A stretch of 64,000 nucleotides of DNA. Origin: Dipteris shenzhenensis (lineage: Eukaryota). Below, one piece after another: positions 38,501-51,900 of the stretch. The number at the start of each line of letters is the position of its first letter. Within the stretch, counting starts at the first letter, position 1. Position numbers and translations under genes: made by a program. The notes under the pieces are model-generated. The model saw only the letters and a list, made by a program, of their open reading frames with translations, ran no database searches and was not told where the DNA came from. The stretch is taken from the NCBI GenBank assembly GCA_047967505.1, contig CM106538.1; one strand, given 5' to 3'.

Positions 38501-41500
38501 AAATTCTCCTTTCTTGGCTGATATTCAATATTTGGTTGCCCAAAAGATTGAATATATTCAGCCCATTTGATTTGCCTTGAAGAGACAATGGGTTGAGAAA
38601 ACAAGTGCTTGATACTTTGATGGTCAGTCTTAATCTTGAAAGCAGAACCATATAAATAATGCTTCCATAACTTTAGAGCATGAATGACTGCCAATAACTC
38701 CTTCTCATACGTGATATATTTCAATTCAGCCCCTTGAAGTTTGCTACTCTCATAAGCAATGGGATGCCCTCCTTGCATCAACACTGCTCCAATCGAGGTA
38801 CCACTTGCATCCGTACATACAACAAAGAACTCTTTGTCCATGTCCGGAAGTGTTAACACTGGTGCAGTCACCAATGTTCTCTTAAGCTCCTCAAAAGCTA
38901 CTTGGTGAACCTCTCTCCACTCATACAAGAAGTGCTTCTTCAACAAATCTGTTAGTGGGGAAGCAAGACGTGTAAAATTCTTAATGAATCTACGATAATA
39001 ACTACGCATTCCTCTCAGCTCATGTATGTTTTTGGGTATTGGGCATTGGCATTCAATTATGGCCTTGACCTTTTTAGGGTCAACCCGAATTCCCTCAGCA
39101 GACACAATGTGTCCCAAATACTCTATTTCTGTCTTGAAAAACTCTCTCTTCTTGGTATTTAGGAACAATCGATCCTTCCTTAGGAGCTCCATCACCTTAG
39201 CAAGGTGATCCTTATGCTCTTCCTCATTTTGGCTGAAAACTAAAATGTCATAAAAAAAGACTATGACAAATTTTCCCAAGTAGGGTCGCAAAACCCTTCT
39301 CATCAGCCTACTAAAAGTGGATGGAGCATTAGTTAGGCCAAAAGACATGACCAAAAACTCATAATGTCCAGCGAGAGTGTGAAAAGCAGTCTTATGTTCA
39401 TCCCCAGCTTTCATACGAAGTTGAAGATAACCAGATTTCAAATCCAATTTGCTAAAAACTTTAGCACCTTTAAGCATATCCAATAAATCATCCACTCTTA
39501 GAACCTTCTTAACCAATAATACAGGTGCTCCAAATGGAGAACTGCTTGGTGAATCAGGCCTTTTTGCAACAGATCTTCAATTGGTTTTTCTACCTCCTCC
39601 ATTTCTATCCTGTTCATCCTGTATGGGGCTCTATATGGAGGAGAAGCTCCTCGCTCTAAGTCTATGGCATGATCATCTTCTCTCTCCATAGGCAATTCGA
39701 ATGAGTCATCTCTTGAAAATCGATCCTCATAAGCTCTAAGGAACTCATTTCTCTTTTGATCTTCTTTTGAGATATGAAGATCTCGTGAATCCTGTATATA
39801 CACAAGATTACAATCTACCCCTCTTTTTACCAATCTTTTCACTTGGGTAGGAGTAATCAAGGGAATTGTATACATGTCCCGATCCCCAACGATCCTTATG
39901 TACAAAGCAACAATGATGAGTATGAGGATGAATAGCAGGGTTAAAATCATACTGCCATGGTTTACCTAGAATCATGTCAACGTCTTGTAAAGGGGCTACT
40001 AGAAAATCCCTTCGATCTCTATATTTTTGTATACGAAAAGGAATATTCCGTACTATGGATGTGTCTTCTTCATTGTGTCCTGTAAAAGCTCTTGAAAGCG
40101 ACATGTTTTTTATAGATTCTGGTTTAAGATGGAGTAATTTTGCCAATCTATCACTTACTAAGTCATAATTACATCCATCATCTAGGAGAACCACTATTTG
40201 CTGTCCATTCACGAATCCATACACCTTAAAAAGATCATGAGGCCCAAAGGTATTGGCTGAATGGACAGCATTCACTATTGGCTCAATAGTCACAATAGAT
40301 TTCGAGGGTGACAAGGTAGAAGCCTCACCCTCCTGCTTGGATGCCAAAGCAAATGAGGGACAGCCTCACCCTGCTGCTTGGATGCCAAAGCAAATTCGTC
40401 TTGGCAATCTTAGCCAAGAGAACGGGACACTTATGCCATACGTGCCCTGGCTTATGTTTCTTACACCCGAAACATTTTCCTTCCTTAATCAACTTCCTAG
40501 AAGGAAATGGCACCCATCCAGGACGTGATTGGCTGTTCACATTCCTTACAAGAGCTTTACCCTTCCCTTTATTATTCTTAAACCCGTTTGGTTTCCTAAA
40601 AGTGGGGATATTGTCGGTCTTAGATGATGACCCATCCTCCTTATTGAAGGGTTTACGAGGATTCAATTTCCTCTCGGCTATTTCAGCCAGCTTAGTTAGG
40701 TCCTTAAGCGTGGTCGGGTTAAACATTTCAACCTCGTACCTTACTTTTGGGCTTAAAGCTGCTAAATACTTCTTTCTCCTATCTTCCTCACTCTTTTCGG
40801 GTAACTCTAGAGAGAGTTCCCAAAATCTGGCTGTAAAATCTGCATTACTCTCATTATCGAACTGCCTAAACCTCTCCCAACGAAAGGTTAGGTTCTCTTC
40901 ATGCCTCGGTGGCATGAAAGTGGGTTTCAGTTGCTCCACGAATTTAGCCCATTCATGAATAGGCTCTTTTCCTGTTTGTGACAAGGACCACCACATTAGA
41001 GCATCCTTCTGCAGAAGCAATGTGGCAAGAGCAAGCTTCTCTTGCTCGGTCTTGTATTGATGGGCAAACTATAGCTCAAAATGGCGAATCCAATTGAGGA
41101 TTTTGTCAGCCTTCCTTGCCCCATCATATTTGGGGAACTCAATTCTCTCTCGTGGTTGGAATTCGGGTCTCTTAGAAGGGGTACTCAACTCTTCATCCCC
41201 GAAGTTTAAAGTCCTCTTAGTCCCTAATCTTGTCATAATGGACTGCTCAATCATATTGCTAAGCTGGAAAATCAGCTTATCAACAGGAGTCTCCTCTCTT
41301 CCTCTTGCACTTGGATTATAATCCATGTGTTCTGGGTTTTGAGTTGAAGGCGTGAACTCATCACCTTGTTCTTGGCTGGTCTCATTTCTTGTTTCATTAC
41401 GAAAGGAGAACTCCCTATCAAGAGGTTCTTGAAGGAGAGACTGCTGTAAATCTATTTGTGGGTTATCATACTCAAGATGTGTATAACTCTCACCTAATCT

Positions 41501-42702
41501 ATTCTCTTCAAGAGGGGGTGAAGGTGTTCTTTCTCTCTCTCCTTGGGGTAATGGAGGAAAAGGAATAAGTTTTTTGTTATATGTCCCTTCCCCTTCCATT
41601 CTTTGCTTTTAGTAATACAAGAGACAAAATGTCTTGCTGTAATTAAAAAAAAAAGAGGTTTATTTTACAGCAAAAGTCAAGTGTTGTAGAGTTGGTGGTA
41701 CTTATCCGACTCCCGCTTCGTTTGTGTTGAGAAGACACTTAAAATGACCTTTTTTCCCTTCTCTTTCAAGCTTTTCTTCTTGTATTTCTGCTGTAAACTG
41801 GTACGCTCCGTTTGGGCTACTCATTTTGAGCGGATTGGAGCTCTAGATACCGTTATAGGGGGTACTTGATGGGTGGATTCCGATCCGACTTTCCATTGGG
41901 GAGAACGGGGGATCCCTTTTCCTCACGGTTTAAGGATTTTAAGGGTACATTCACATGTGGGGGGGGGGGGGTTGGGGGGGGGGGGAATTCACCTCGTGAG
42001 GACACCCCGTTCACCATTCAAGACCAGAAATTTCAGAAAAATCCCTTGTCTCAAAACCTCGGAGATCGGTCGGTCGTGATCCTCTTCAGCATCTTCTCCC
42101 GCAACTTCTCTTGCGACTTCCGTCGTCCGCAACTGTCGCCCTCTTCTCGTCCCGCTCGTGGATCGTCACCGCTCTGATACCAAATGTGAAGAACCACACT
42201 TTTGGAAAATGCAAATGTGTGCAATGCATGCAGAATTTGAATGCCGATTGGCCCTCCAATGGGAAAGAGCGCCCTCGTGAGAGTACTTGTTTCTTTTTCG
42301 ACCTACATGCAAGGTGGGAGAGAGATGACGGATGAATGCAATGTGGTAGAGAGAATGCTACGTGAGATTTCCAATGAAAGGGTGATACCCTTTCATTAAT
42401 GTCCCTTGAGATCACTCAAGTTCCATCTTCCCATTTACACCTACCCTATGACCCATGCACCTACCATTCAATGCACTCTAATGCACCCTTTCCCTTTCCT
42501 ATTGCGCCTAGGACCTAGACACATGTGTGCACATCTTTATTACTAATCATTGGCCAATGTTACATGGTTTTGGCGGTACTATTTACACCGCTTGATCGAT
42601 CATAAATACAAACATATAACCGCACCATCAAATTGGCCCCTAACAATAATAAGGTTCTAATGACTATTAATTAACTAAATAATCATTTCTCTTGTCATGA
42701 CA
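29575..42702 (-). mobile_element. Ty3/gypsy chromovirus G1, full-length, frameshifted
   Basis: LTRs 42185-42702 and 29575-30098; PBS 42171-42182; PPT 30099-30111; TSD CCATC; gag 40325-41599, PR LLDDG, RT/RNase H 38134-39516, IN split by G2, chromodomain YLLKFKNQPASDAQW at 30176-30469. Confidence 0.95.
30864..37658 (-). mobile_element. Ty3/gypsy chromovirus G2, nested in the integrase of G1
   Basis: LTRs 37198-37658 and 30864-31324; PBS 37184-37195; PPT after 31324; TSD TATTA; gag 35497-36069, PR LFDSAS, RT, RNase H, IN with chromodomain VLVAWHGQPLSEATWE. Confidence 0.95.
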
Positions 42703-45700
42703 CCATCAAATTTTCTCTGCTCTTGTACACCCACTTTGTCGCAAAGGCTTTGTTTCCAATGGGCAAATCCATTGTTTTTCTGGATAGAATCCAATTCTTA
42801 CTTCATTTCTCTTGTCCAATGCTCATTCATCTTTCTTTCTTTCTCATCCACTGCTCATTGTCTTGAGCATCTTCAAAACTCTCAGGTTCTTATGTATCAC
42901 AGAGTGAACTCATCCAAGTTAATCAGCATAATTCCTCCTCCTGTTTCTGTTCAACCACCTGGGACTATTCTAGCTTCTTCCGAAGCCGATCTCGCCTCTC
43001 TGAGAATCTCTTCAACATCATCATGTGTGATAGGCTGATCCTGGACCTAGTTGGGAGCATCCAAGGGCTTTTGTGCATCAACATGTGCTGGCTATGGTTG
43101 CTGATCTTCTACTGGCTGTTCTGAAGTCCCACTCAATGGCTAGTGGATATACAAGGTAGAAGAAAGATAAGGTTGTATTTACAATAGTGTTTTGATATTT
43201 TATAAGAGAAAACAATCCTGGATTATGAACAGTTAAAGCCGCCTGAAAGCAGCAAGGGAAAGCTGTATATAGCCACGAAATGTGAAGGGGATGAGAAAGT
43301 AGATAAACATCACGGTGCCGCCAGCTCCTATTCTCTTGATGAGTTCAGAGATTTCTGTCCATGTATCGACATTGTTTTGATTATGGATTATGCTTTTTTT
43401 TGGGGGGTATTCGACATGGGTGTAGAGGCTCCACCCCTCATTGCATTGTAATAGGTTATTTTAATTTCATAGACCCTTTGGTCTTCTGAAAACTTTTGAT
43501 AAACTTTCATTCTTTTTCTTTCTTTCACCACCATGCGACAAATCACACACATACTTGTAATAAACTTTCTTTCTTTTTCTTTTCACCACCATGCAACAGA
43601 TCACACACACACTCTTTTTTCTTTTTATGGGGACAAATCACTCACACACACACTGTTTTTTTTTTTGGTAAAATCCAGTGCGCTGTATTTATATTGTCAT
43701 AACTTTACAAGAGGGGAAGTCTCCAAGAATGGAGAGTATCCCACAGATCAGAAGCATAAAAAGAAAAGCTCAATGCAAGATGCATGCATATCACCCTCAT
43801 GGCAGGCATCATATAAAGATTGCCGCAATGAGGCTCTAAAAGATTCATATGACTTTTGAAACTGGCGGCCCAAGTATCCAAATTGTGCTCTTCCCAGATT
43901 GTCCAAAGAGCTCAATATCTCACCCATGAGAGAAAGAGTGAGTATTGAGATAAAGGCCTTTTAAATCTGCCAAATAGCCAAAAATGTTTCCCAAATATGT
44001 GACTTGGGAAACGGAGGCGAAGATGATCTGAAATTTTCCCAAGGAGATTCCGAGTAGACGGGCAATGCCAAAGCAAATGAGGGACAGTCTCTGAAGGAGC
44101 GTGACACCGTAAACAGGTGGGTGGTGCAATGTGACGTTTGGCAAGTGTGATTCCCACCGACAATGTGCCAGTCATGCATCTCCAAAGAAAGAGTCTTTGT
44201 TTCAAAGGCATTTTGCACCTCCATAATAGTCGGAGATTCTTCCGCCACCATGAAAGGGGCTGCCTGATATGCCATAGAGTATTAGCATATTGATGAATCC
44301 AAGGGGCAGGTTGAAGAAGCTTGTAGACTTTGTTGGAGGTCAAAACAGGCAGAGGAATAGGACGAGAGCATGTAGCAGAGGGGTACAATTGCCAATCCAT
44401 AAGCCTGTTTGTGTCAGCCGCAGGGGGAATAGGTAGAAAAGAATGCAAGAGATCAGCAATTTTCTTCCATATCAATCTGTGATGCATTCCCAAAGCATAA
44501 GAGGCAGTGGCCTGAGGAAAAGATAAGACATGGCCGTGATCATCTACCACATCATTGATGTATCTAATTCCCAATTTCATGAGAACCGGTTCCTTTAAAG
44601 CAAGTGGAATGTCAAAGATGGCACTCCAATGAATACTTTCTTTCCTCATTGAGTTTGTCCCTGGAGTTTGTCCCCGAATGATTATCAGGAGCCCATTTGA
44701 CTTTAGAAAGCACTTGTTTCCAGTCCAATATCAGAGCAGTAGAGAAAGGGCATCCAGGAATCTTCCCTACAAATCTCCCAATGACAACCTCCCAATGATC
44801 AATAGTCCAATGGCCATAAGCAGTTGTCCTCATGTTGACACACATGGATGCGATCATACAAGTCCATGGCTGTTTTTGACGGAAAAAGGTATGGAGCATA
44901 GTCGCCTTCCTTGCAAGTACATGATATCTGATATTCAGAACATTAAGTCCTCCATGCATCCTAGGGGAACATACCATTTCCATCTTCAGCAGTCTCAATG
45001 CTTTCACAGCAGTTTTTGTCTTCCATAACAGCTCCATAGCTTGAGACATAAAGGCTGAGATATCTCTGGAGGACCAATGTAACAAAGGCAAAAAGAACTG
45101 AACATAAGACATTACAATAGACTGTACTATTCTGAGCCTGACATGAAGTGGCCAAGTAGAAATTTTCCAATATTCCAATTTATGTTGAAGTCTTTGGAAG
45201 ATCCAGTTTAGCTGCTGCTTCCTGGTAATATGCCATCCTATAGGATATCCCAAATGCCTGACTACATCTTTGGAATGCACTATCTGACCAGGCCAGAGAA
45301 TAGAATGCCAGTTACATTGTTTCAGTGGAAGCAATTTGGATTTGTCAAAGTTGACATGCAATCCCGCTGCTAATCCATACAATGATAATGTGGTCATAAG
45401 CATGCTGACTTCCCGAGGAGAGTTTTGTGGCATAAAGAAGGAATCATCAGCGTATGCCTGTGCCAAAAAAGATGCTGCCCCAGGGATTTTAAGACCAGTC
45501 ATCCGTCCTGTGCTTGTAAGATGATCAAGATACATCAATAGGGGATGAGTCGCAATGGCATAGAAAAGAGCACTAACGGGGCAGCCCTGTCGGACTGATC
45601 TACCCAATATCCATGACCGAGATAGATGACTTCCGAGAATGCACTGGGAAGTAGATCCAGAATAAAGCCAATAAATTGCATTTGCTATCTTGGGACCAAA

Positions 45701-47699
45701 ACCCAGCTTTGTCATGGTTTGAGAGATAAACTCCCATTGTACAGTGTCACATGCCTTAGTAATATCTACCTGCAATATGAGCACATCTTGATTCGAGTAC
45801 TTTGCATATTCAATTGCAGTCAATGCATTGCAGATATTGTCATAGATTTGTCTTCGCGGCACAAACCCATACTGATGAGGATGAAGGCCCGCATTCAGTA
45901 TCCCATGAAGCCTATACACGATCATTTTGGCAATGAGTTTGTAAACTACAGGCATCAAAGTAATAGGCCTCCAATCTGACATATGATCACAGAGATTTTT
46001 TTTGGGCACAAGTTTAATTATGCCATGCTTCCAAAGGTGTGGCAGGCAACATTGATCATTTGTAATAGAACATCTTTCAAATCATCCCAAAAAGAAATAT
46101 AAAATTCCACCGTAAGACCATCCCAGCCAGGGGACTTGTATTTGCCAAGATGGGACAATGCATTATCAAGTTCCGTATCAGTAAAAGGTCTCTCAAATAA
46201 AAGAGCATCATCCATTTCCACTATCCCAGAAACATATTGAAGAAATTCAGTCCTCGCGTCAGTCATTTGATTTGATGGGGAGCCAGGGGTAGAGAACAAT
46301 GTCTGGAAGTAATTTTGGCATTCATCTTGGAGATCAGAGAAGGAGTGCGTCCAAGAGCCATCTAGCTTCCTTACCCTTAGACATGAGTTTTTCTTTCGAG
46401 TGGCATGCAGTCCCTGGAAGAAGGCTTTGGATGAGCAGCCCTTATCCATAAGGGGCTTCATTCTTGCTCTAATCTGCCATTTGTGCAATTTCCGCTGATC
46501 ATTATCAGTCAGTTTGATCCGGGCTTGTGAGAGGGAATCATTTTCTGATTCAGAAAGAGGTCTTAAATGTGAGAATTCAGTCAACTGCTGTGCTGTCCTT
46601 TTTGCCCATTTGACCTCGTTCCTCCATGTAGCCATGTGCCAGGTTCCATACTCCCTAATGACATTCTGTATACGAGAGACAAAGCTGTCCCAAGCATAAT
46701 TCATGTCCTCCCGAGCATGCAAAAGCAAGGGTGCAAATCTGATCATTTGCTGGAAATGTTGATGTCTAAGGTAAGCCTGATTAACATGCAATAATCTGCT
46801 GGAGAGAGTCGGTAAATCATTCAGTGGCATACCAAATTGCAGATTTAACCATAATGGGGCATGATCTGACAAGCCCAAAGAGAAATCTATGTGGAGATGA
46901 AGGCTAAAATCTGCATATTGTTGTGGATAGAACAAATACCATCTGTCAATCCTAGCCCAGTATGTAGTATATGCATTATGATGAAAAGTATATCCGGGCA
47001 CTGACCCTTGTAGAAGCAGCCATAAATCTTCAGCCTGCACAGAAAGAAGCATGCTATCCCATTTCTGTCTTTCCGATGAAAGCATATGAGATCTTGAAGT
47101 GGTGTTATCTCTCAGCAGAGGAGAATTATTAAAATCTCCACAAATAAATGCATTGGATCTCCATGGATATTTGCTTAAAGAATCCCATAGAGAAGCCCTC
47201 ATGGCAGAGGTCTGGGAGGCATAAACTGATGCAAGCTCAAAAATGTCACCATTGACATTACATTGTATGACTATCCATCGGCCACTGTTGTCATTGAATG
47301 CTATGTTGGGGTAAAGGCTCTATGGCCACCCAAGTACAGTTAAGTACACTTAGTACTTTATTTGTTTAGTACACTAAGTACACCGTACTTAGTGTTGTAA
47401 CCTTATCCTTTTCATATAAAAGCTTTACTGTGTACTAGGGGAGGTACACACATATGTTTTATCCCCACACCTCTTGTTGCCTATTCTGTGTGTGTGTGTG
47501 TGTGCTCTCACACTCTCCCTATCAAAACTGGTATCAGAGCCAATTCGTGAGTGTACCCAAACGTGGGTCTTACCTGCAGCTGTGTGCACCTGCAGCCAAG
47601 GAGCACCGCCAGCCATCGCTTGAATCTGCTCCGTCGATAGCTTCTGGTAACGCTTCGCAGCCTGCTCAGCCTTGACGTCTTCTGCTGCTAGCGCTACGC

Positions 47700-48160
47700 T
47701 AGCAGCTTCTTGAGCTCTTGCGCCAACCAGGGCCAACGGGCCTCTTGCGCCAACCAGGGCCAACGGGCCTCTTGCGCCAACCAGGGCCAACGGGCCACCA
47801 GCAGCCCTTCAAAGCCTTCAGCTGCTAGCGCTGTGCTAGCAGCCCTTTGAGGCCTTGTGTCGCCACGGCCAAAGGCCACGCGGCGCCAGCCAGGGCCAAA
47901 GGCCACCGACGCCAGCGGCCAAAGGCCACGCGACGCTAGCTAGGGCCAAAGGCCACCGACGCCAGCGGCCAGAAGGCCACCGACGCCAGCAACCAACAGG
48001 CCACCAGCGACCAGCTCCGCCAGCCAGCGACCCCAACGGGCCACCAGCTGACACCGGCGCCAGCGACCAACGGGTCACTTTCCAACGGCGCCAGCTAGCG
48101 AAACTTCGCCAGCCAGCTACCTCATCGCGCCACCAGCAGCCACCGACGGCCAGAGGCTAA
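47700..48160 (+). repeat. GC-rich tandem repeats in the C3 leader
   Basis: 27-bp CTCTTGCGCCAACCAGGGCCAACGGGC three times, plus GGCCAAAGGCCAC repeats. Confidence 0.85.
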
Positions 48161-48973
48161 CTATCAGCCAGCGAAACCATCGGTGTCAGCCCGGGTCTCG
48201 TGTTAGAGCCATACGTGGCCACAGGTTCAGGTCGTGCAATCAAAGGGCTTTTGCAGCCACAGCCAAGCATTGGCTTCTCACACACTTATTTGCATATATT
48301 CTCCTCATTGGAGTTGATTTGTGCAAGGATTTGTGCATTTTTTATTACTTCTGGGACAGTGGCAGATGCATATGAATTGGGGCTTTTGACATTGTTATGC
48401 ATATCAGTGCTGTTGGAAGCAACAAAATGCCTAATAGTTGTCAGTGAAACAGTTATGCACACAAAATTCTGTATTTTTTGCCTCCAGTCAAGGGGCTTTT
48501 GCCCAATTTCTGTTCTAAACTGTTGTATACAGTTTTAGAAGTGTCTGGAAGCTTCAAATTGACATTTTTGAACAGTCAAACAGTCAAATACTGATTCTGT
48601 ACTTTCTGGTACAGTCGGGGACTGTCCTGTGTCAACAGTTTTGAATGAATTCAGTCACGGTACAGAGGTACAGAGTACAAAGTACACTGCTGTTTTTCAC
48701 TGTGTATGCAGGGCAGATGCTTCTGTAAATTCAGAATCTTGCTGGTTGTACAATGGTGCATTAAATGATGCAAACAGAGTTGCTGTTCAGAAACTGCGGC
48801 AAGCAGTAAACAGTGATAAATCTCTGTTTAAGTGGGAGATATAGTGCAAGTGCAGTTCCTGTTTGTTCCGCTGCAGGAATTGGATCTTTGAGTACAGTTC
48901 AAGTGCATGTGTGCACTTGGTTTGCAGGAAGTCAGGCACCTAAGTGTGGGTTATATATTCCTTGCTGATTATA

Positions 48974-51900
48974 ATGGCTTCATCCTCGGAATCCTCTCTT
49001 CTCAATATTAAAAAGTTACAGGGTGCTGCTAACTACCCAATGTGGAAAAAGATGGTCCTGAATGTTCTAATTCTCAGGCAGTTTCATGCTCCTATTATAC
49101 ACAAAGGTGTGAAGCCCACTGGCACATCTGATGATGCTTGGGCACTAGCTGATCTGTCAGCAAAGTCCATAATTGAATTGTCACTCCATGAGAGTGTTGT
49201 TTGGAATGTGGATGGTGAAAAGACAGCCTGGGGTGTGTGGAAAAAGCTACAGGACACATATGAGCAGCAAAGTGCAGCCACAAAGATATATTGGTTGCGC
49301 AAGTTCTTCAATCTGAAGATGAAGGAAGGGACCTCCATGGATGCACATCTCAATGAGTTTAACTCTATTGTTACTCAGCTTGCGAATCAGAAGTACGTGG
49401 TGGATGAGGAAACAAAGGGTATGGCACTCTTAATCTCTCTTCCTGAGAGTTGGGATACGTTCATCACAGCTGTGACAAATGCAAACGTCTTCATAAGTTT
49501 TGCAGATATCACAGGGCTGATTTTGCAAGAAGAGCAAAAGCTGAAAGCTCAAGATGCAATAAAGCCTAATAATGCCTTAAATACAAGAGGGAGAAGTCAG
49601 CAAAGAGGCAAATCCCAGGAAAAGGGAAAAGGCAGGAGCAAGTCCCGCTCCAACAAAGATGTTGAGTGCTACTACTGTGGCAAAAAGGGACATACCAAAA
49701 AGCAGTGCTTTAAACTGAAAAATGATAAGAGAGACAAGGCCAAGGACACTGATGCGTCAGATGCAAAGGCAATTGTACCAGTAAGCAAGGGCAAGAGCAG
49801 TGTGAAGATTGAAGAGCTTCATTCTACACACGGTTATGACAGTGAGGGAGAGGTTCTATTTCTCTCTATTTTGGATGCTCATGCTCTCCATGCAGGCGAA
49901 TTTGCAGACATGCACTCTTGGATCATTGACTCAGGTGCCTCATTCCATGTTACACCTTACAGAGAATTGTTTGTCAGGTATGCAGCAGGCAACAATGGAG
50001 TCGTTTTTCTAGGGGATAATCATGCATGCAGTATTATTGGTATTGGAGATGTCAGGCTTGTATTTGCTGATGGTACTCAGCTTATGCTTCACAATGTTAG
50101 GCATGTACCCGAAGTCAAGAAAAATCTGATTTCTACTGGCATGTTGGATGACGAAGGTTTTGTGACCAGCTTTGGTCATGGTTTTTGGAAGGTCACCAAA
50201 GGTGCCCTGGTTGTTGCCAGAGGCTCTAAGGTTGACACAATGTATACTCTTCATGCTAAAGAATGTAATCATGCTGATATTCATGCCACCGAGCTGCCGA
50301 ATATTTCTATGTGGCATAGCCGGATGGGACATATGAGCATAAGTGGAATGGAGCAATTGGCTCGCCTTGGCTACTTACCGTCTCTTAAATTTTCTGATTT
50401 AAAGTTTTGTGAGCACTGCATATATGGTAGACAGTTACAGTGTCCTCATAAAAGGAGATTAGGACATAAAGAGGCTCAACTTGAGCTTGTGCATACAGAT
50501 GTGTGTGAGATGCCTAATCCTTCACTTGGAGGTGCACGGTACTTTGTCACATTTATAGATGATTCCACAAGGAAGGTGTGGTTGTATCCTCTTCGATTGA
50601 AGAGTGATGTCTTTCCAGTGTTCCAGAAATGGCTTGCTATGGTTGAGAACCAAACAGGCAGAACACTGAAGGCTTTGCAGTCAGATAACGGTGGGGAGTA
50701 TATGTCTAATGCATTCAATGCATTTTGTGATGCTAAAGGTATTAAAAGAGAACTCACTGCCCCCTACAATCCAGCGCAAAATGGCACTGCAGAGCGTATG
50801 AATAGAACCATACAGGAAAAGTCTCGCTCTATGATGTCACATGCTGCTTTACCTCATGGATTTTGGGCTGAAGCTGTAAAAACAGCAGTACATCTCATCA
50901 ATAGGTCACCAAATAAAAGACTAGATGGCAGAGTGCCAGAAGAGCTTTGGACAGGAAAACCTCCTTCCTACAAGCACTTGAGGGTCTTTGGCTGCACTGC
51001 GTACGTGCACATACGCAGAGAAAATCGCAGCAAGCTTGATCCTAAGTCTCTTAAATGCATTTTTCTTGGATATGGTGACAGTGGTGAGATGGGTTACCGC
51101 CTATGGGATCCTGTGAATAAGAAGCTAATACGCAGTAATGATGTCTTATTTAATGAGTCATGTATGTTTAAGGCAGCAGATAAGCCTTCTGATGCTTCAG
51201 AAGTTGACATTTATGACTCGGGACATCCTGTACAGTTCAGGCAGGCTGCAAATCAGCCACAACAGCAGCGTAATCAGCCGATGCCTGATGCTGCAGCAGT
51301 TCCAAATGGACAGCCCGCAGGGGCGGAAGATGTACTACGGGACATGCCACCTTTGGAAGACCTCCCAGGCATAATTCTGCAGCCTGATCTACTAGAACAG
51401 CAACCTGTTTTAGGTGAGCAGCAAGTTGGACAGCAAGACCAATGGGTCCGAAGGTACACCAGACAAATGAAACCGCCAGACAGATTTGTTCCAGGAGCAG
51501 ATTTTATTATGCTTACAGATTGTGGAGAACCTTCCTGTTACAAGGAAGCCGTGCAAATGCATGACAAAAGGCTATGGGAACTAGCCATGAAGTCTGAAAT
51601 GGACAGTCTCCATAAAAATGGTACTTGGGAATTGGTGCAGTTGCCTAAGGGCATGAAAGTACTGCCATGCAAGTGGGTGTATAGATTGAAAGTTACACCT
51701 GGAGCTAAGCCAAGGTATAAAGCCAGGTTGGTTGCCAAGGGCTTTAAGCAGGAGTATGGTGTTGATTTTGATGAAATCTTTTCTCCAGTGGTTAAGATGA
51801 CCACACTCAGGATTGTACTTGCTCTGGTTGCATGTGAGAATTTGGAATTATGCCAAATGGATGTGAAGACAGCCTTTCTTCATGGTGATCTTCATGAGGA

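Larger units (their letters stand above)
29520..43140 (-). mobile_element. Fragment of an old copia RT, split by chromovirus G1
   Basis: EPESFEDA...KWVYK at 42710-42890 continues across the CCATC TSD as DGTIDR*...AKG at 29535-29574. Confidence 0.7.

Noticed and set aside
41840-41990. Second PBS-like motif and long G runs in the G1 leader
   Set aside because: Imperfect match with no adjacent LTR end; homopolymer lengths are unreliable.
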